Part shown: piece after piece, positions 11,279-19,007 of the stretch
How the letters are laid out: every line of letters begins with the position of its first letter
Position numbering within the stretch: position 1 is the first letter of the stretch
From: Escherichia phage vB_EcoM_LNA2
DNA length: 64,000 nucleotides
Sequence record: MZ311865.1
Strand: one strand, 5' to 3'
Program-made: the position numbers and the translations under genes
Notes under the pieces: model-generated
Told to the model about the DNA's origin: nothing
Databases searched by the model: none
Seen by the model: only the letters and a program-made list of their open reading frames with translations

Positions 11279-11938
11279 ATGGCAACACCAAAAGTGTCAT
11301 TTTCGCCTAGTGATATTCTATTTGGGTTGCTAGATCGTATTTTCAAAGATAACGCTACTGGAAAGGTTTTAATGTCCCGAGTAGCGGTAATTATTCTTTT
11401 GTTCCTAATGGCACTAATATGGTACAAAGGAAGTATTTTGCTGGATTATTATGTAAGAGCTAAGTATGATACTTATACTGAAATAATCCAAAAAGAACGA
11501 GCTTTACGTTTTGAATCTGCGGCTCTAGAACAACTGCAAATAGTTCATATCTCATCTGGTGCAGATTTTAGTGCTGTGTATTCTTTCAGACCTAAAAACT
11601 TAAATTATTTTGTCGACCTTATAGCTTATGAAGGCAAACTACCTAGCACAATTTCTGAAAAGTCCCTTGGTGGATTCCCGGTGGATAAAACGGCCAATGA
11701 ATATATAATTCATTTAAGTGGCCGTCATTTCTCGTCTAAATCAGAATTTGCATTTTTGCCTACAAAATCTAAGACTGCCGAACTTTCTTATATGTATAGT
11801 TGTCCATACTTTAATTTGGATAACATCTATGCTGGAACTGTGACGATGTATTGGTATAAGGGGAATAATATACTTGAGGAAGATCGCTTAGCGGCTATAT
11901 GCAACCAAGCGGTCCGAATACTAGGAAGGGCTAAATAA
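11279..11938 (+). CDS. t: holin T
   Basis: 219 aa; MATPKVSFSPSDILFGLLDRIFKDNATGKVL... with one N-terminal TM segment; matches recalled T4 holin. Confidence 0.9.
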   Translation: MATPKVSFSPSDILFGLLDRIFKDNATGKVLMSRVAVIILLFLMALIWYKGSILLDYYVRAKYDTYTEIIQKERALRFESAALEQLQIVHISSGADFSAVYSFRPKNLNYFVDLIAYEGKLPSTISEKSLGGFPVDKTANEYIIHLSGRHFSSKSEFAFLPTKSKTAELSYMYSCPYFNLDNIYAGTVTMYWYKGNNILEEDRLAAICNQAVRILGRAK

Positions 11939-12211
11939 TTAGTTGTTAGAATACATCGCTAAATGACGATAAATATTTTCAAAACCTTCATTGAATTCAC
12001 TAATCAGTGTTTTCTTTTCTTCGGCAGTTAAATTTGTAATTAGTTTTCTGAACGAATTCTGATTTAGCTGCCGACCATCTTTTTTAATTCCAATCTCATT
12101 CAAGAATCCGATGAAACTTGCTCGGTCTTCAACAATATCTTCCCTAGAGAATTTAATCAAAATAGAAGCAATAGTAATAATTTCACGTACGATTTCAATG
12201 TCTTTATTCAT
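11939..12211 (-). CDS. asiA: anti-sigma70 factor AsiA
   Basis: 90 aa; MNKDIEIVREIITIASILIKFSREDIVE... near-identical to recalled T4 AsiA. Confidence 0.9.
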   Translation of the reverse strand: MNKDIEIVREIITIASILIKFSREDIVEDRASFIGFLNEIGIKKDGRQLNQNSFRKLITNLTAEEKKTLISEFNEGFENIYRHLAMYSNN

Positions 12212-12257
12212 AACGTTTTATTCATTCCACTTAATTGATAGGAGTATAGTACCATTA

Positions 12258-12419
12258 TCAGTGTTGATTGTAAACGGCTTTTTCTACGCTTTTAACGTAA
12301 TCGGTATAGTCTTCCTGTTCGTACGAGTGTAAGACCAAGAATTGAACTAATAGTTCATTATAGACTAAAGCCTCACGCTCACGTTCGGCCTCTACTACGT
12401 TCTGAAGATTATGACTCAT
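12258..12419 (-). CDS. hypothetical early protein (53 aa from internal start)
   Basis: Track ORF 12258..12473; internal ATG 12417-12419 has AAGGAA SD and avoids long overlap with upstream ORF. Confidence 0.35.
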   Translation of the reverse strand: MSHNLQNVVEAEREREALVYNELLVQFLVLHSYEQEDYTDYVKSVEKAVYNQH

Positions 12420-12708
12420 ATTGTTCCTTATAACTATCAATGTAGTCCTGTATGTCAAAGAATGACATTTCATATTCTAGGACATTAAGAGCCCGTTCTT
12501 CAGTATAGTCAGAACCAAAGACGATAGTGATTTCACCAGGATTCATGTGATTGAAATCGACACTAAAAGGAATACGAGAACAGACTTCATCTTCCATATC
12601 TACGATAACACTACGACACACTTCTCGGTTAACCTGATAAAGCTCTGCAAGTTCTTCACAATGAATAACAAGTTCAGTGGCAGGATTTTCTTTGATTTTA
12701 GTAAGCAT
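12409..12708 (-). CDS. hypothetical early protein (asiA-motA interval)
   Basis: Track ORF 12409..12795; probable start ATG 12706-12708 (MLTKIKENP...); acidic C-terminus; no recognisable motif. Confidence 0.4.
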   Translation of the reverse strand: MLTKIKENPATELVIHCEELAELYQVNREVCRSVIVDMEDEVCSRIPFSVDFNHMNPGEITIVFGSDYTEERALNVLEYEMSFFDIQDYIDSYKEQYES

Positions 12709-12791
12709 AGTCTTTACCCTTATGTTTTTGTTTACGTTTAGATTGAAGTTCTGATTTCTTTTTGTCCTTATGGACGGAAGCCTTATTGAAA

Positions 12792-13010
12792 TCATGTTTT
12801 GCTACAAGATTGTTCATAATGATTTATAACCTCGTTTAAACATTTGTCTGTGAAAGAAAACTTTTTAGCCACAGAACATTCTATAATGTGCTCTTTCAAA
12901 TCTTTAGAGTCAGTATATCCCATCTCAGTAATAAAGTGACGAATTAAAGCTTTATTCTTATCATTAACAGAATTAAAATAATCTGCTTTAGAATCAATTA
13001 TTCTCATCAT
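12792..13010 (-). CDS. hypothetical early protein
   Basis: 72-aa ORF, same strand and tight spacing as neighbours. Confidence 0.4.
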   Translation of the reverse strand: MMRIIDSKADYFNSVNDKNKALIRHFITEMGYTDSKDLKEHIIECSVAKKFSFTDKCLNEVINHYEQSCSKT

Positions 13011-13275
13011 CTAATTTCCTTAATTGATATTGCAATGAGCTAATAATTTCTTCGTTCATTTTAATATACATGTCGCGCAAGAAAGGTTTTAACCCATCAC
13101 GAATAATTGCTAACGTATCACCTTTACATAAATTAACCAAATAAGGATGGTCTAAAGCCTCCCAACCAGGCTGATTAGCATACATACCATAATTTTCTTC
13201 CATCATAGCATTCAGGCGTTTGATATGATTAATGTGGGCTTCAATAGCATCAATCTGGAGTTGTTTAAGATTCAT
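12994..13275 (-). CDS. hypothetical early protein
   Basis: 93-aa ORF in operon context; no motif recognised. Confidence 0.45.
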   Translation of the reverse strand: MNLKQLQIDAIEAHINHIKRLNAMMEENYGMYANQPGWEALDHPYLVNLCKGDTLAIIRDGLKPFLRDMYIKMNEEIISSLQYQLRKLDDENN

Positions 13276-13736
13276 TAGTAAAGGTCCTCAGAGTAAAGTT
13301 CTTTTTCATTACCACCACGTTCAATACGTACTTGTCCAGCGTAAGTTGCAATAATCATTGCTTCTTCACGTGTCCAATAATTACTATATTGGTCAATAAA
13401 CCCTTGGTCATCATCACAAACTTGTTGAGTAACTAATTGAGGTTTAACTACATCTAAAACTTCTGCCATATCTTTAGAATAATGACGAGCACCTGGAATA
13501 ATAAGAGTTCGTCCATCTTTTAATTTAAAACGGTTGGCTGCACAGACAATTCGTCGTTGATACTTTTGGTTTTCATCCCAATACAAAGTCTGCCAACAGA
13601 TTTCAGGAACTTCATCTAAAACATTTTGTTCTGTATATTCACCACCGTAAGAAGCTAATTTAGCAGCCAAACTTTCCGGAGTCTCACGAGATAAAGCTTT
13701 ATCTAACAGAGCTAAACGTTCTTTAAAAGTTTTCAT
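13275..13736 (-). CDS. hypothetical early protein
   Basis: 153-aa ORF, stop/start overlap with flanking genes. Confidence 0.5.
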   Translation of the reverse strand: MKTFKERLALLDKALSRETPESLAAKLASYGGEYTEQNVLDEVPEICWQTLYWDENQKYQRRIVCAANRFKLKDGRTLIIPGARHYSKDMAEVLDVVKPQLVTQQVCDDDQGFIDQYSNYWTREEAMIIATYAGQVRIERGGNEKELYSEDLY

Positions 13737-14062
13737 TTAAACCATCCTTTAATACGTTGCCACAAAGTTTTCTGCTGAGCTTTGTTAACACCAATCGAAC
13801 GAATAACCGGTTGTGACTGCTGATATTCTTTATAATCTTCTTTATAGATTTCGTAAGCTGCATCAACAAATGAACTGATCGCTGCCATGTAGTTTTTACG
13901 AAGGCCAAATGGCGCGTCATTATTTTCACGAATAACCGTATATTGGCCTGCTTTAATCTTTACAATTGTCCCTAAATAAGCCCCGTGGTACCAAATATCC
14001 CATCCTTCCTGAGTAGGTTCTGCACATTTACGAAGTTCGTTAATAATATTCAGCTTATTCAT
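13733..14062 (-). CDS. hypothetical early protein
   Basis: Track ORF 13733..14083; ATG 14060-14062 preferred (GAGGAA SD), 109 aa [12 protein letters not shown]... Confidence 0.45.
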   Translation of the reverse strand: MNKLNIINELRKCAEPTQEGWDIWYHGAYLGTIVKIKAGQYTVIRENNDAPFGLRKNYMAAISSFVDAAYEIYKEDYKEYQQSQPVIRSIGVNKAQQKTLWQRIKGWFK

Positions 14063-14072
14063 TATGTATTCC

Positions 14073-14705
14073 TCACAGTACATTAGTTACAAGGGTAATG
14101 ATTTCTTTGGACACATTAGGGAAGTCAATGTAAGTATATTTACCACCGATCTTAATCTTAACATCATTTTCAAGAGAAGTAAACAGCTTTGATTCAGTTT
14201 CTGACATGTTGTATGCAAAGATTCTAAGAGCGCCATCTCGACGAATTTCAATTTGGCGAATGCCTAGAACTCGTTTAGCGAATCGAACTTCTAAGTTACT
14301 ACGGTTTTCACCAATTTCTTTAACTTCAACTTTATCTTTAATATTTTCAAAAACAAAGTTTGCTAATTCATGCATTTCAGGAGTAACTCCACGTGCTTTT
14401 CTAGTGTTACGTTTCTGAAGAAGTTCTGGAGCATTTTCTTTGGCAAAGAGGTCTGCAGCTTTTTGGATAATATCCATTGCTTCGCCTGTTGCTACAAGTC
14501 CATCACCGGATTTTTCGACTAAACCTTTCTTAATCAATACACCAATGTTAGAGTTAACAACTGATGCATTGTATTCCGCTTCCAGAGCTTCACGGACATT
14601 GGCAGCAGTGGTGAAGTTGTTCTTAATGATATAAACCATTATTGCAGCAGTTTTTTCATTCAGAGCGTTTTCAGAAGCTTTGATGATGTAAGTAACTTTA
14701 GACAT
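14073..14705 (-). CDS. motA: middle transcription activator MotA
   Basis: 210 aa; MSKVTYIIKAS...NIGVLIKKGLVEKSGDGL... matches recalled T4 MotA; position between asiA and gene 52. Confidence 0.9.
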   Translation of the reverse strand: MSKVTYIIKASENALNEKTAAIMVYIIKNNFTTAANVREALEAEYNASVVNSNIGVLIKKGLVEKSGDGLVATGEAMDIIQKAADLFAKENAPELLQKRNTRKARGVTPEMHELANFVFENIKDKVEVKEIGENRSNLEVRFAKRVLGIRQIEIRRDGALRIFAYNMSETESKLFTSLENDVKIKIGGKYTYIDFPNVSKEIITLVTNVL

Positions 14706-14775
14706 TTTATTTCTCCAAATTAGTATTTGTTTTGATAGGTCTATAATATCATGTTTGAAGCAAAAGTAAACTTTA
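14701..14775 (-). repeat. copy A of ~75-bp duplicated promoter/5'UTR/start-codon cassette
   Basis: Near-identical to 15021..15097; includes GTTTAC -35, TATAAT-like -10, SD and ATGTCTAAA start of motA. Confidence 0.7.
14742..14771 (-). promoter_or_regulatory. T4-type early promoter (GTTTAC-N18-ATTATA) for motA
   Basis: Minus strand reads GTTTACttttgcttcaaacatgatATTATA; ~40 nt upstream of motA start. Confidence 0.5.
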
Positions 14776-14809
14776 TTTTGGGCTCTTTTTCCAAAAGCCC
14801 TGGTAAAAT

Positions 14810-15025
14810 TTACAAACTCATTTCTTTAATAAGGCCAATAAGTTTTGCCTTTTTAGAACGAAGCTTTTCTAAACGATGTCCATTTGAACCGCGAACCACT
14901 AAAGAATTGATTTCAACTTCTAAGAAATTTAATTCTTCAACAAGTGCTTTACGGGGAGCATTCATACCAGGTTTAACTTTACCAAAACGAGTAGTTGTGT
15001 TTTGGGTTAATTTCATTTTAGACAT
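14810..15025 (-). CDS. hypothetical 71-aa basic protein flanked by duplicated promoter cassette
   Basis: ORF MSKMKLTQNTTTRFGKVKPG...; starts with same ATGTCTAAA context as motA; lies between genes 52 and motA. Confidence 0.5.
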   Translation of the reverse strand: MSKMKLTQNTTTRFGKVKPGMNAPRKALVEELNFLEVEINSLVVRGSNGHRLEKLRSKKAKLIGLIKEMSL

Positions 15026-15097
15026 TTTATTTCTCCAATTTGGTTGTTTTGTTTTGATAGGTCTATAATATCATGTTTGAAGCACATGTAAACTGTT
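15021..15097 (-). repeat. copy B of ~75-bp duplicated promoter/5'UTR/start-codon cassette
   Basis: Near-identical to 14701..14775 (3-nt indel, few mismatches). Confidence 0.7.
15064..15093 (-). promoter_or_regulatory. T4-type early promoter (GTTTAC-N18-ATTATA)
   Basis: Minus strand GTTTACatgtgcttcaaacatgatATTATA upstream of the 71-aa ORF. Confidence 0.5.
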
Positions 15098-15103
15098 TTG
15101 TGA

Positions 15104-15134
15104 GAAAAATGCACAAAAGGGAGCCGAAGCTCCC
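15104..15134 (-). terminator. intrinsic terminator (UUCG hairpin + U-run) after gene 52
   Basis: Plus GGGAGC-CGAA-GCTCCC (15119-15134); on minus strand hairpin is followed by TTTTGTGCATTTTT. Confidence 0.5.
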
Positions 15135-15210
15135 TAATCATGTTTGTCCAACCAATACAGCCAAATCACTAGTGCAGCTATTGCACCGAGAAATCCTAAG
15201 GCTAGGGCAC

Positions 15211-16536
15211 TCAAAGTGCCTCCAAGTCTTTAGTGTACTCTGTCACAACATCGGTAGACTTCCAATACTCATTTTCTTCTTTCTTAGCTTTAGCTTCTTC
15301 GGCTAGTTTACGTGCTTCATCGGAAGTGATATGGAAGATGTTAAGACCTACCAGTTTATCGACATGTTCTTTATACATTTCTATTTGTGCTAGCTCTTCA
15401 GTCAAAGCTTTACGAGTCTTGCCCTGAATCACAATTTCACCGTTGATAACTTTTTTGATGAAGTGTGCCTTAGCAAAAGCCAGTTTAAATGCTTTTTCAG
15501 ATTCAAGGATTTTGTTGTCAATACGTTTCTGAACGTAAGTCTTACGGACTTCAACAAAATCTTTGATTAAGTCCACTACGTTATCGTAGACAGCTAATTT
15601 ACCCTTTTCATTAATCACTGTGATGTTTTGTGAACGACGTTCGATGAGACTAAAATCTTTCATGATTTTTTCATGACGTAGCTCTTCATCATCAGGAAGC
15701 GAGTACTCTTTACGGAACTTCACCTTAAACCCAAAGCCGTGTTCACCACAATCATCTTCCCATGAGATTAGACCTTTGTCTTCCAACGGGTCAAGAACCT
15801 TACTCACATACGTTTCACGGTCGAATTTATATGGGATTTCAGTTATCTGCATTTGAGTGCGAGATGTGAACTTATACGTTCCGTGAATCTCATAACGCCC
15901 ATCAACTTCATGTACTTCACCACGGAATTCCGGGAATTCAACTTTTGGCTTAGTGACATTTTTACCTTGAAGAGCTTGTAATACAGCCTTTTTTACCGAT
16001 TTAAAACTATGAGGCAGAATATTTGTTGCGTAACCGGTTGCAATACCAGAGACGCCATTCAAAAGAACTGTCGGAATAATAGGAAGATAGAATTTTGGTG
16101 GAATGTGTTCTTTATCTTCATGAGCTGGAGCATATTCAGTATCTTTATATACGTTATAGAAATTTTTACTTACACGAGCAAAAATATAACGAGATGCTGC
16201 AGCTTTTTGGACTGTTCTAGAACCAAAGTTGCCTTGGCCATCTAACAGTGGATAGTTGTTGTTCCATGTGTTAGCCATCAATGCACCTGCATCTTGTGCA
16301 GAAGATTCACCATGGTGATAACCTAAATCTGCAACACCGCCTGCAATTGACGCAAGTTTATGAAATTTTTCTTTATTACCACGAGCCAAATCTAACGCAC
16401 GATGGACCACAAAACGTTGAACCGGCTTAAATCCATCAATCATGTTTGGGATTGCACGGTTTTCAACGGTGTACATCGCATATGCTAAGGCTTCGTTATC
16501 AATAATACTTTTTAGATTACGAGAATTCAATTGCAT
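15211..16536 (-). CDS. 52: DNA topoisomerase II medium subunit gp52
   Basis: 441 aa; MQLNSRNLKSIIDNEALAYAMYTVENRAIPNMIDGFKPVQRF (GyrA-like) matches recalled T4 gp52. Confidence 0.9.
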   Translation of the reverse strand: MQLNSRNLKSIIDNEALAYAMYTVENRAIPNMIDGFKPVQRFVVHRALDLARGNKEKFHKLASIAGGVADLGYHHGESSAQDAGALMANTWNNNYPLLDGQGNFGSRTVQKAAASRYIFARVSKNFYNVYKDTEYAPAHEDKEHIPPKFYLPIIPTVLLNGVSGIATGYATNILPHSFKSVKKAVLQALQGKNVTKPKVEFPEFRGEVHEVDGRYEIHGTYKFTSRTQMQITEIPYKFDRETYVSKVLDPLEDKGLISWEDDCGEHGFGFKVKFRKEYSLPDDEELRHEKIMKDFSLIERRSQNITVINEKGKLAVYDNVVDLIKDFVEVRKTYVQKRIDNKILESEKAFKLAFAKAHFIKKVINGEIVIQGKTRKALTEELAQIEMYKEHVDKLVGLNIFHITSDEARKLAEEAKAKKEENEYWKSTDVVTEYTKDLEAL

Positions 16537-16540
16537 ATTT

Positions 16541-16681
16541 TCACCATATTAATGAACGAATATCCATTATAACATCTGAAATGAAAAGCACTACTTGGAT
16601 TAGTCCAAACATCACACCGTAGTACAGAACCGTAAGCAACAACAAGAGCCCGAAGGCTCCTGCTAAAATTTTCTTAATCAT
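16541..16681 (-). CDS. small hydrophobic protein (46 aa), ac/52.1-like position
   Basis: Hand-translated: MIKKILAGAFGLLLLLTVLYYGVMFGLIQVVLFISDVIMDIRSLIW; TAATG overlap with upstream small ORF. Confidence 0.35.
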   Translation of the reverse strand: MIKKILAGAFGLLLLLTVLYYGVMFGLIQVVLFISDVIMDIRSLIW

Positions 16682-16827
16682 TACTCGCCTTTTAACACGT
16701 TAAGAAGAGCTAAGACCGCTAAGGTACCTTGTGATACGGCCTGTTGAAATACTGTTGTTTCGCCTGTAACTAAAGTGCTAACGAATAAAAATGTCCAACA
16801 CAGCAATGCAATAATCCATGCTATCAT
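16681..16827 (-). CDS. small hydrophobic protein (48 aa)
   Basis: Hand-translated: MIAWIIALLCWTFLFVSTLVTGETTVFQQAVSQGTLAVLALLNVLKGE; GAGGTAA SD upstream. Confidence 0.35.
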   Translation of the reverse strand: MIAWIIALLCWTFLFVSTLVTGETTVFQQAVSQGTLAVLALLNVLKGE

Positions 16828-16879
16828 TTTAATTACCTCAAAAATAAATTAAAGGCCCAACTTAATAGGCCTGTATAAA

Positions 16880-17326
16880 TTAGTAACTCTGCAGAATGAA
16901 TTTGAAATTATCTGCCAGAAGACGGTTCATTTCAGTGAGTGTTTGATATTCTGATGTATGGTTGCGAGTGAATGCCAGAGCCAATTGACCTTTACCATAA
17001 CCAGTGGTCAGTGGTTTCATGTTCTTAGCTGCAACAAAGATTACATCATATTCAATATTGTTAGTGCCCATGGTACGGGCTAGTTGTGAACGGCCTTGAC
17101 GAATGTGAGAAAGAATTGCATCCAACCCTTGTTTAGAACGTTGACGTCCTACAAAGAATCGTGCTGCTACTTGTCGCCAATCAGATGAACCTTTAACGAA
17201 GAAGTAAAAACCTTCACGAGAACGAAACTCTTTAGAAACTTCAGAACCGTATTCGCCATTACGAACTACTGCAACAACTTCACCGCCAACTGCCAGAAGG
17301 TCTTTACGAGTTAAATATTTGGACAT
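16880..17326 (-). CDS. ndd: nucleoid disruption protein Ndd
   Basis: 148 aa; ...FYVGNQRSKQG..LSHIRQ.RSQLART...[38 protein letters not shown] matches recalled T4 Ndd. Confidence 0.85.
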   Translation of the reverse strand: MSKYLTRKDLLAVGGEVVAVVRNGEYGSEVSKEFRSREGFYFFVKGSSDWRQVAARFFVGRQRSKQGLDAILSHIRQGRSQLARTMGTNNIEYDVIFVAAKNMKPLTTGYGKGQLALAFTRNHTSEYQTLTEMNRLLADNFKFILQSY

Positions 17327-17362
17327 GCTAATTTCCTCAATTGATTAATGTTTTTGTAATCC

Positions 17363-17396
17363 ATGAGAGCATTATACTCTGCTCTCAAGAGTTTGT
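17363..17396 (-). repeat. 34-bp exact repeat, copy 1 (promoter-hairpin module)
   Basis: atgagagcattatactctgctctcaagagtttgt identical to 62096..62129; contains inverted repeat GAGAGC/GCTCTC around the -10. Confidence 0.7.
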
Positions 17397-17399
17397 ACA
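17371..17399 (-). promoter_or_regulatory. early promoter (TGTACA-N17-TATAAT) upstream of ndd
   Basis: Minus strand TGTACAaactcttgagagcagagTATAAT; -10 lies in loop of 6-bp stem. Confidence 0.45.
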
Positions 17400-17402
17400 A
17401 TT

Positions 17403-17603
17403 TTATTCGGCTATATCAGAACGTTCAAAAAGCTCTTCAACAGTTAAACATTCAGTGTCATCTTCAATAAAGAATCGAGTCCAACACGTTGGGGCGATAC
17501 AGTTATGAGTTTGTCCGGCTATAGAAGCTACACGAATAAGCTGCTGGCCATTGTTCAGGACAAATTTTTCACCAATTTCAACATCTTTAAAAAGCTTAGC
17601 CAT
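17403..17603 (-). CDS. hypothetical early protein
   Basis: 66-aa ORF; promoter 17632-17661 upstream. Confidence 0.4.
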   Translation of the reverse strand: MAKLFKDVEIGEKFVLNNGQQLIRVASIAGQTHNCIAPTCWTRFFIEDDTECLTVEELFERSDIAE

Positions 17604-17631
17604 TTTGTGTTCCTCATGTTTCAGTAGGACT

Positions 17632-17661
17632 ACTATACCATAATCCTACCTTGTTGTAAAC
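17632..17661 (-). promoter_or_regulatory. T4-type early promoter (GTTTAC-N18-TATAGT)
   Basis: Minus strand GTTTACaacaaggtaggattatggTATAGT. Confidence 0.5.
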
Positions 17662-17663
17662 AA

Positions 17664-17774
17664 TTAAATTACATTAAAATATGTTAAAGCCAACCATGTT
17701 CCAGTGAACGAACATGCAATGTAAAAACCCGTATCACAAATTGTTCTTAGTACAATAAGAAGTGCAATTTTCAT
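17664..17774 (-). CDS. tiny hydrophobic peptide (36 aa)
   Basis: Hand-translated MKIALLIVLRTICDTGFYIACSFTGTWLALTYFNVI; ATGA overlap with upstream tiny ORF. Confidence 0.3.
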   Translation of the reverse strand: MKIALLIVLRTICDTGFYIACSFTGTWLALTYFNVI

Positions 17775-17857
17775 AAGTACCTCAACACAATTGAAAATAT
17801 TATACAAATCATTGGGATACTAAGCAACCATATTCCTATCCACATTTTAGAGCTCAT
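17771..17857 (-). CDS. tiny hydrophobic peptide (28 aa)
   Basis: Hand-translated MSSKMWIGIWLLSIPMICIIFSIVLRYL; start overlaps stop of upstream 87-aa ORF. Confidence 0.3.
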   Translation of the reverse strand: MSSKMWIGIWLLSIPMICIIFSIVLRYL

Positions 17858-18117
17858 ATCTCAACTTCCGCGAGTTCCATATATCCTTTGTTGATAACCT
17901 CTTTAAGGTCTTTAGAAAGAATAACACTAAAATGGTCGTTCATATGTCCATTAACTAAACGAGTTATTTCTGCTTCAGATGACATATAAGGCACGTCTGA
18001 GTCCCAATGAGATAGACCCAAATGGGTATAAATCATCCCTTCGTCATCTGCAGTGTTGTACATTGAAACAAATTCGCCTGTTACTTTATGTTTTGCGTAG
18101 AAAAATTTAAATTTCAT
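17854..18117 (-). CDS. hypothetical early protein
   Basis: 87-aa ORF with promoter 18144-18173 upstream. Confidence 0.45.
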   Translation of the reverse strand: MKFKFFYAKHKVTGEFVSMYNTADDEGMIYTHLGLSHWDSDVPYMSSEAEITRLVNGHMNDHFSVILSKDLKEVINKGYMELAEVEI

Positions 18118-18143
18118 GATGTTATCCTCTTTTAGATAGGACT

Positions 18144-18173
18144 ACTATATCATAGTCCTACTTAGTTGTAAAC
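18144..18173 (-). promoter_or_regulatory. T4-type early promoter (GTTTAC-N18-TATAGT) within stem-loop
   Basis: Minus strand GTTTACaactaagtaggactatgaTATAGT; plus-strand TAGGACT/AGTCCTA inverted repeat flanks the -10. Confidence 0.5.
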
Positions 18174-18185
18174 ACTTTTATGAAA

Positions 18186-18743
18186 TTAAAGATGAAGATA
18201 CCACCCGTTGTAGTTGCTCTTGCGGACGATTTTCTTTAGGTCTTCATGGTCTCCCACGAACTTTATAGAATAAGAGAAGACGTCAGGTGAGGTTTCTTTG
18301 ACATCTAATATAATAATGCAATCTGCGACTCGATGGTTCAAGAAGGGCCCTATATTGATTCCATTACCACCCGGATAATCACCACTGTATCCTGTGGTAA
18401 CTGAAATCCATTTAGAATCTATCTGGTGTGTCTTGACTTCTACACGAATTCCACAATACTTGGGATGGGCTAACACGTCCCACGCATACGTGTACGGGTC
18501 TTCTACGTCTTCAATACCTTTATTAACATATCCGTCTAGCCAATTTGCTACCACATACTCTGCAAAGACCGCAACCTTACAACGTCGAACTACATCTTCT
18601 TTGTTTTGGTCAGGATTTTGGCTCAGGGAATACCGAGCAGTGTCAGCAATCTTCACCTTCATTTCACTAGTCAAAAACTCATTCGACAGGATAAATGTCG
18701 GAAGATTCTTCAGTCTCAACAGTCCCAAGTTCGTCTTTACCAT
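18186..18743 (-). CDS. denB: DenB-like endonuclease IV candidate (185 aa from internal start)
   Basis: Track ORF 18186..18806; position between ndd and rIIB as T4 denB; start at ATG 18741-18743 gives T4-like length; sequence identity not verified. Confidence 0.4.
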   Translation of the reverse strand: MVKTNLGLLRLKNLPTFILSNEFLTSEMKVKIADTARYSLSQNPDQNKEDVVRRCKVAVFAEYVVANWLDGYVNKGIEDVEDPYTYAWDVLAHPKYCGIRVEVKTHQIDSKWISVTTGYSGDYPGGNGINIGPFLNHRVADCIIILDVKETSPDVFSYSIKFVGDHEDLKKIVRKSNYNGWYLHL

Positions 18744-18966
18744 AGATACCTCTGATGTGTAGTTCGCCAAAATAAATGCGGTCACCTTCTTCAAGATATT
18801 CAGCATCTACCGGTGGGATTTCAATAACAACTTCGTCGCATTCTAACCAGCCGTAGTGTGCATCACCAGGATGTTTTACCAATTTAGCACAATAAACTGA
18901 TTTACACTTATGATGACCACGAAGATTAGCAATTTTGGATTCTGATACGTCAAATGGATGAATCAT
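18679..18966 (-). CDS. hypothetical protein
   Basis: 95-aa ORF downstream of rIIB; contains HHKCKSVYC...C; overlaps denB-like ORF start, so one start is uncertain. Confidence 0.35.
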   Translation of the reverse strand: MIHPFDVSESKIANLRGHHKCKSVYCAKLVKHPGDAHYGWLECDEVVIEIPPVDAEYLEEGDRIYFGELHIRGIYGKDELGTVETEESSDIYPVE

Positions 18967-18977
18967 AATTACCCCTA

Positions 18978-19002
18978 AAGAAAAAAGGGGACCGAAGTCC
19001 CC
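18978..19002 (-). terminator. intrinsic terminator (UUCG hairpin + U-run) after rIIB
   Basis: Plus GGGGAC-CGAA-GTCCCC (18987-19002) preceded by A-run; minus strand hairpin then TTTTTTCTTT. Confidence 0.5.
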
Positions 19003-19007
19003 AATTA

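Noticed and set aside
14731-14760. Plus-strand sigma70 promoter reading of TTGATAGGTCTATAAT
   Set aside because: TTGATA and TATAAT are only 4 bp apart and no consistent -35 lies 17 bp upstream on the plus strand; the conserved GTTTAC at fixed distance on the minus strand explains the motif
14742-14771. MotA-box middle promoter (TGCTTCA present on minus strand)
   Set aside because: Distance from the TGCTTCA box to any TAnnnT -10 does not fit the usual 11-13 bp spacing; sigma70 early promoter fits better, though dual use is not excluded
16644-16660. GAGCCCGAAGGCTC hairpin
   Set aside because: Lies inside the coding sequence of a small ORF rather than at a gene boundary; may be coincidental or an internal RNA element
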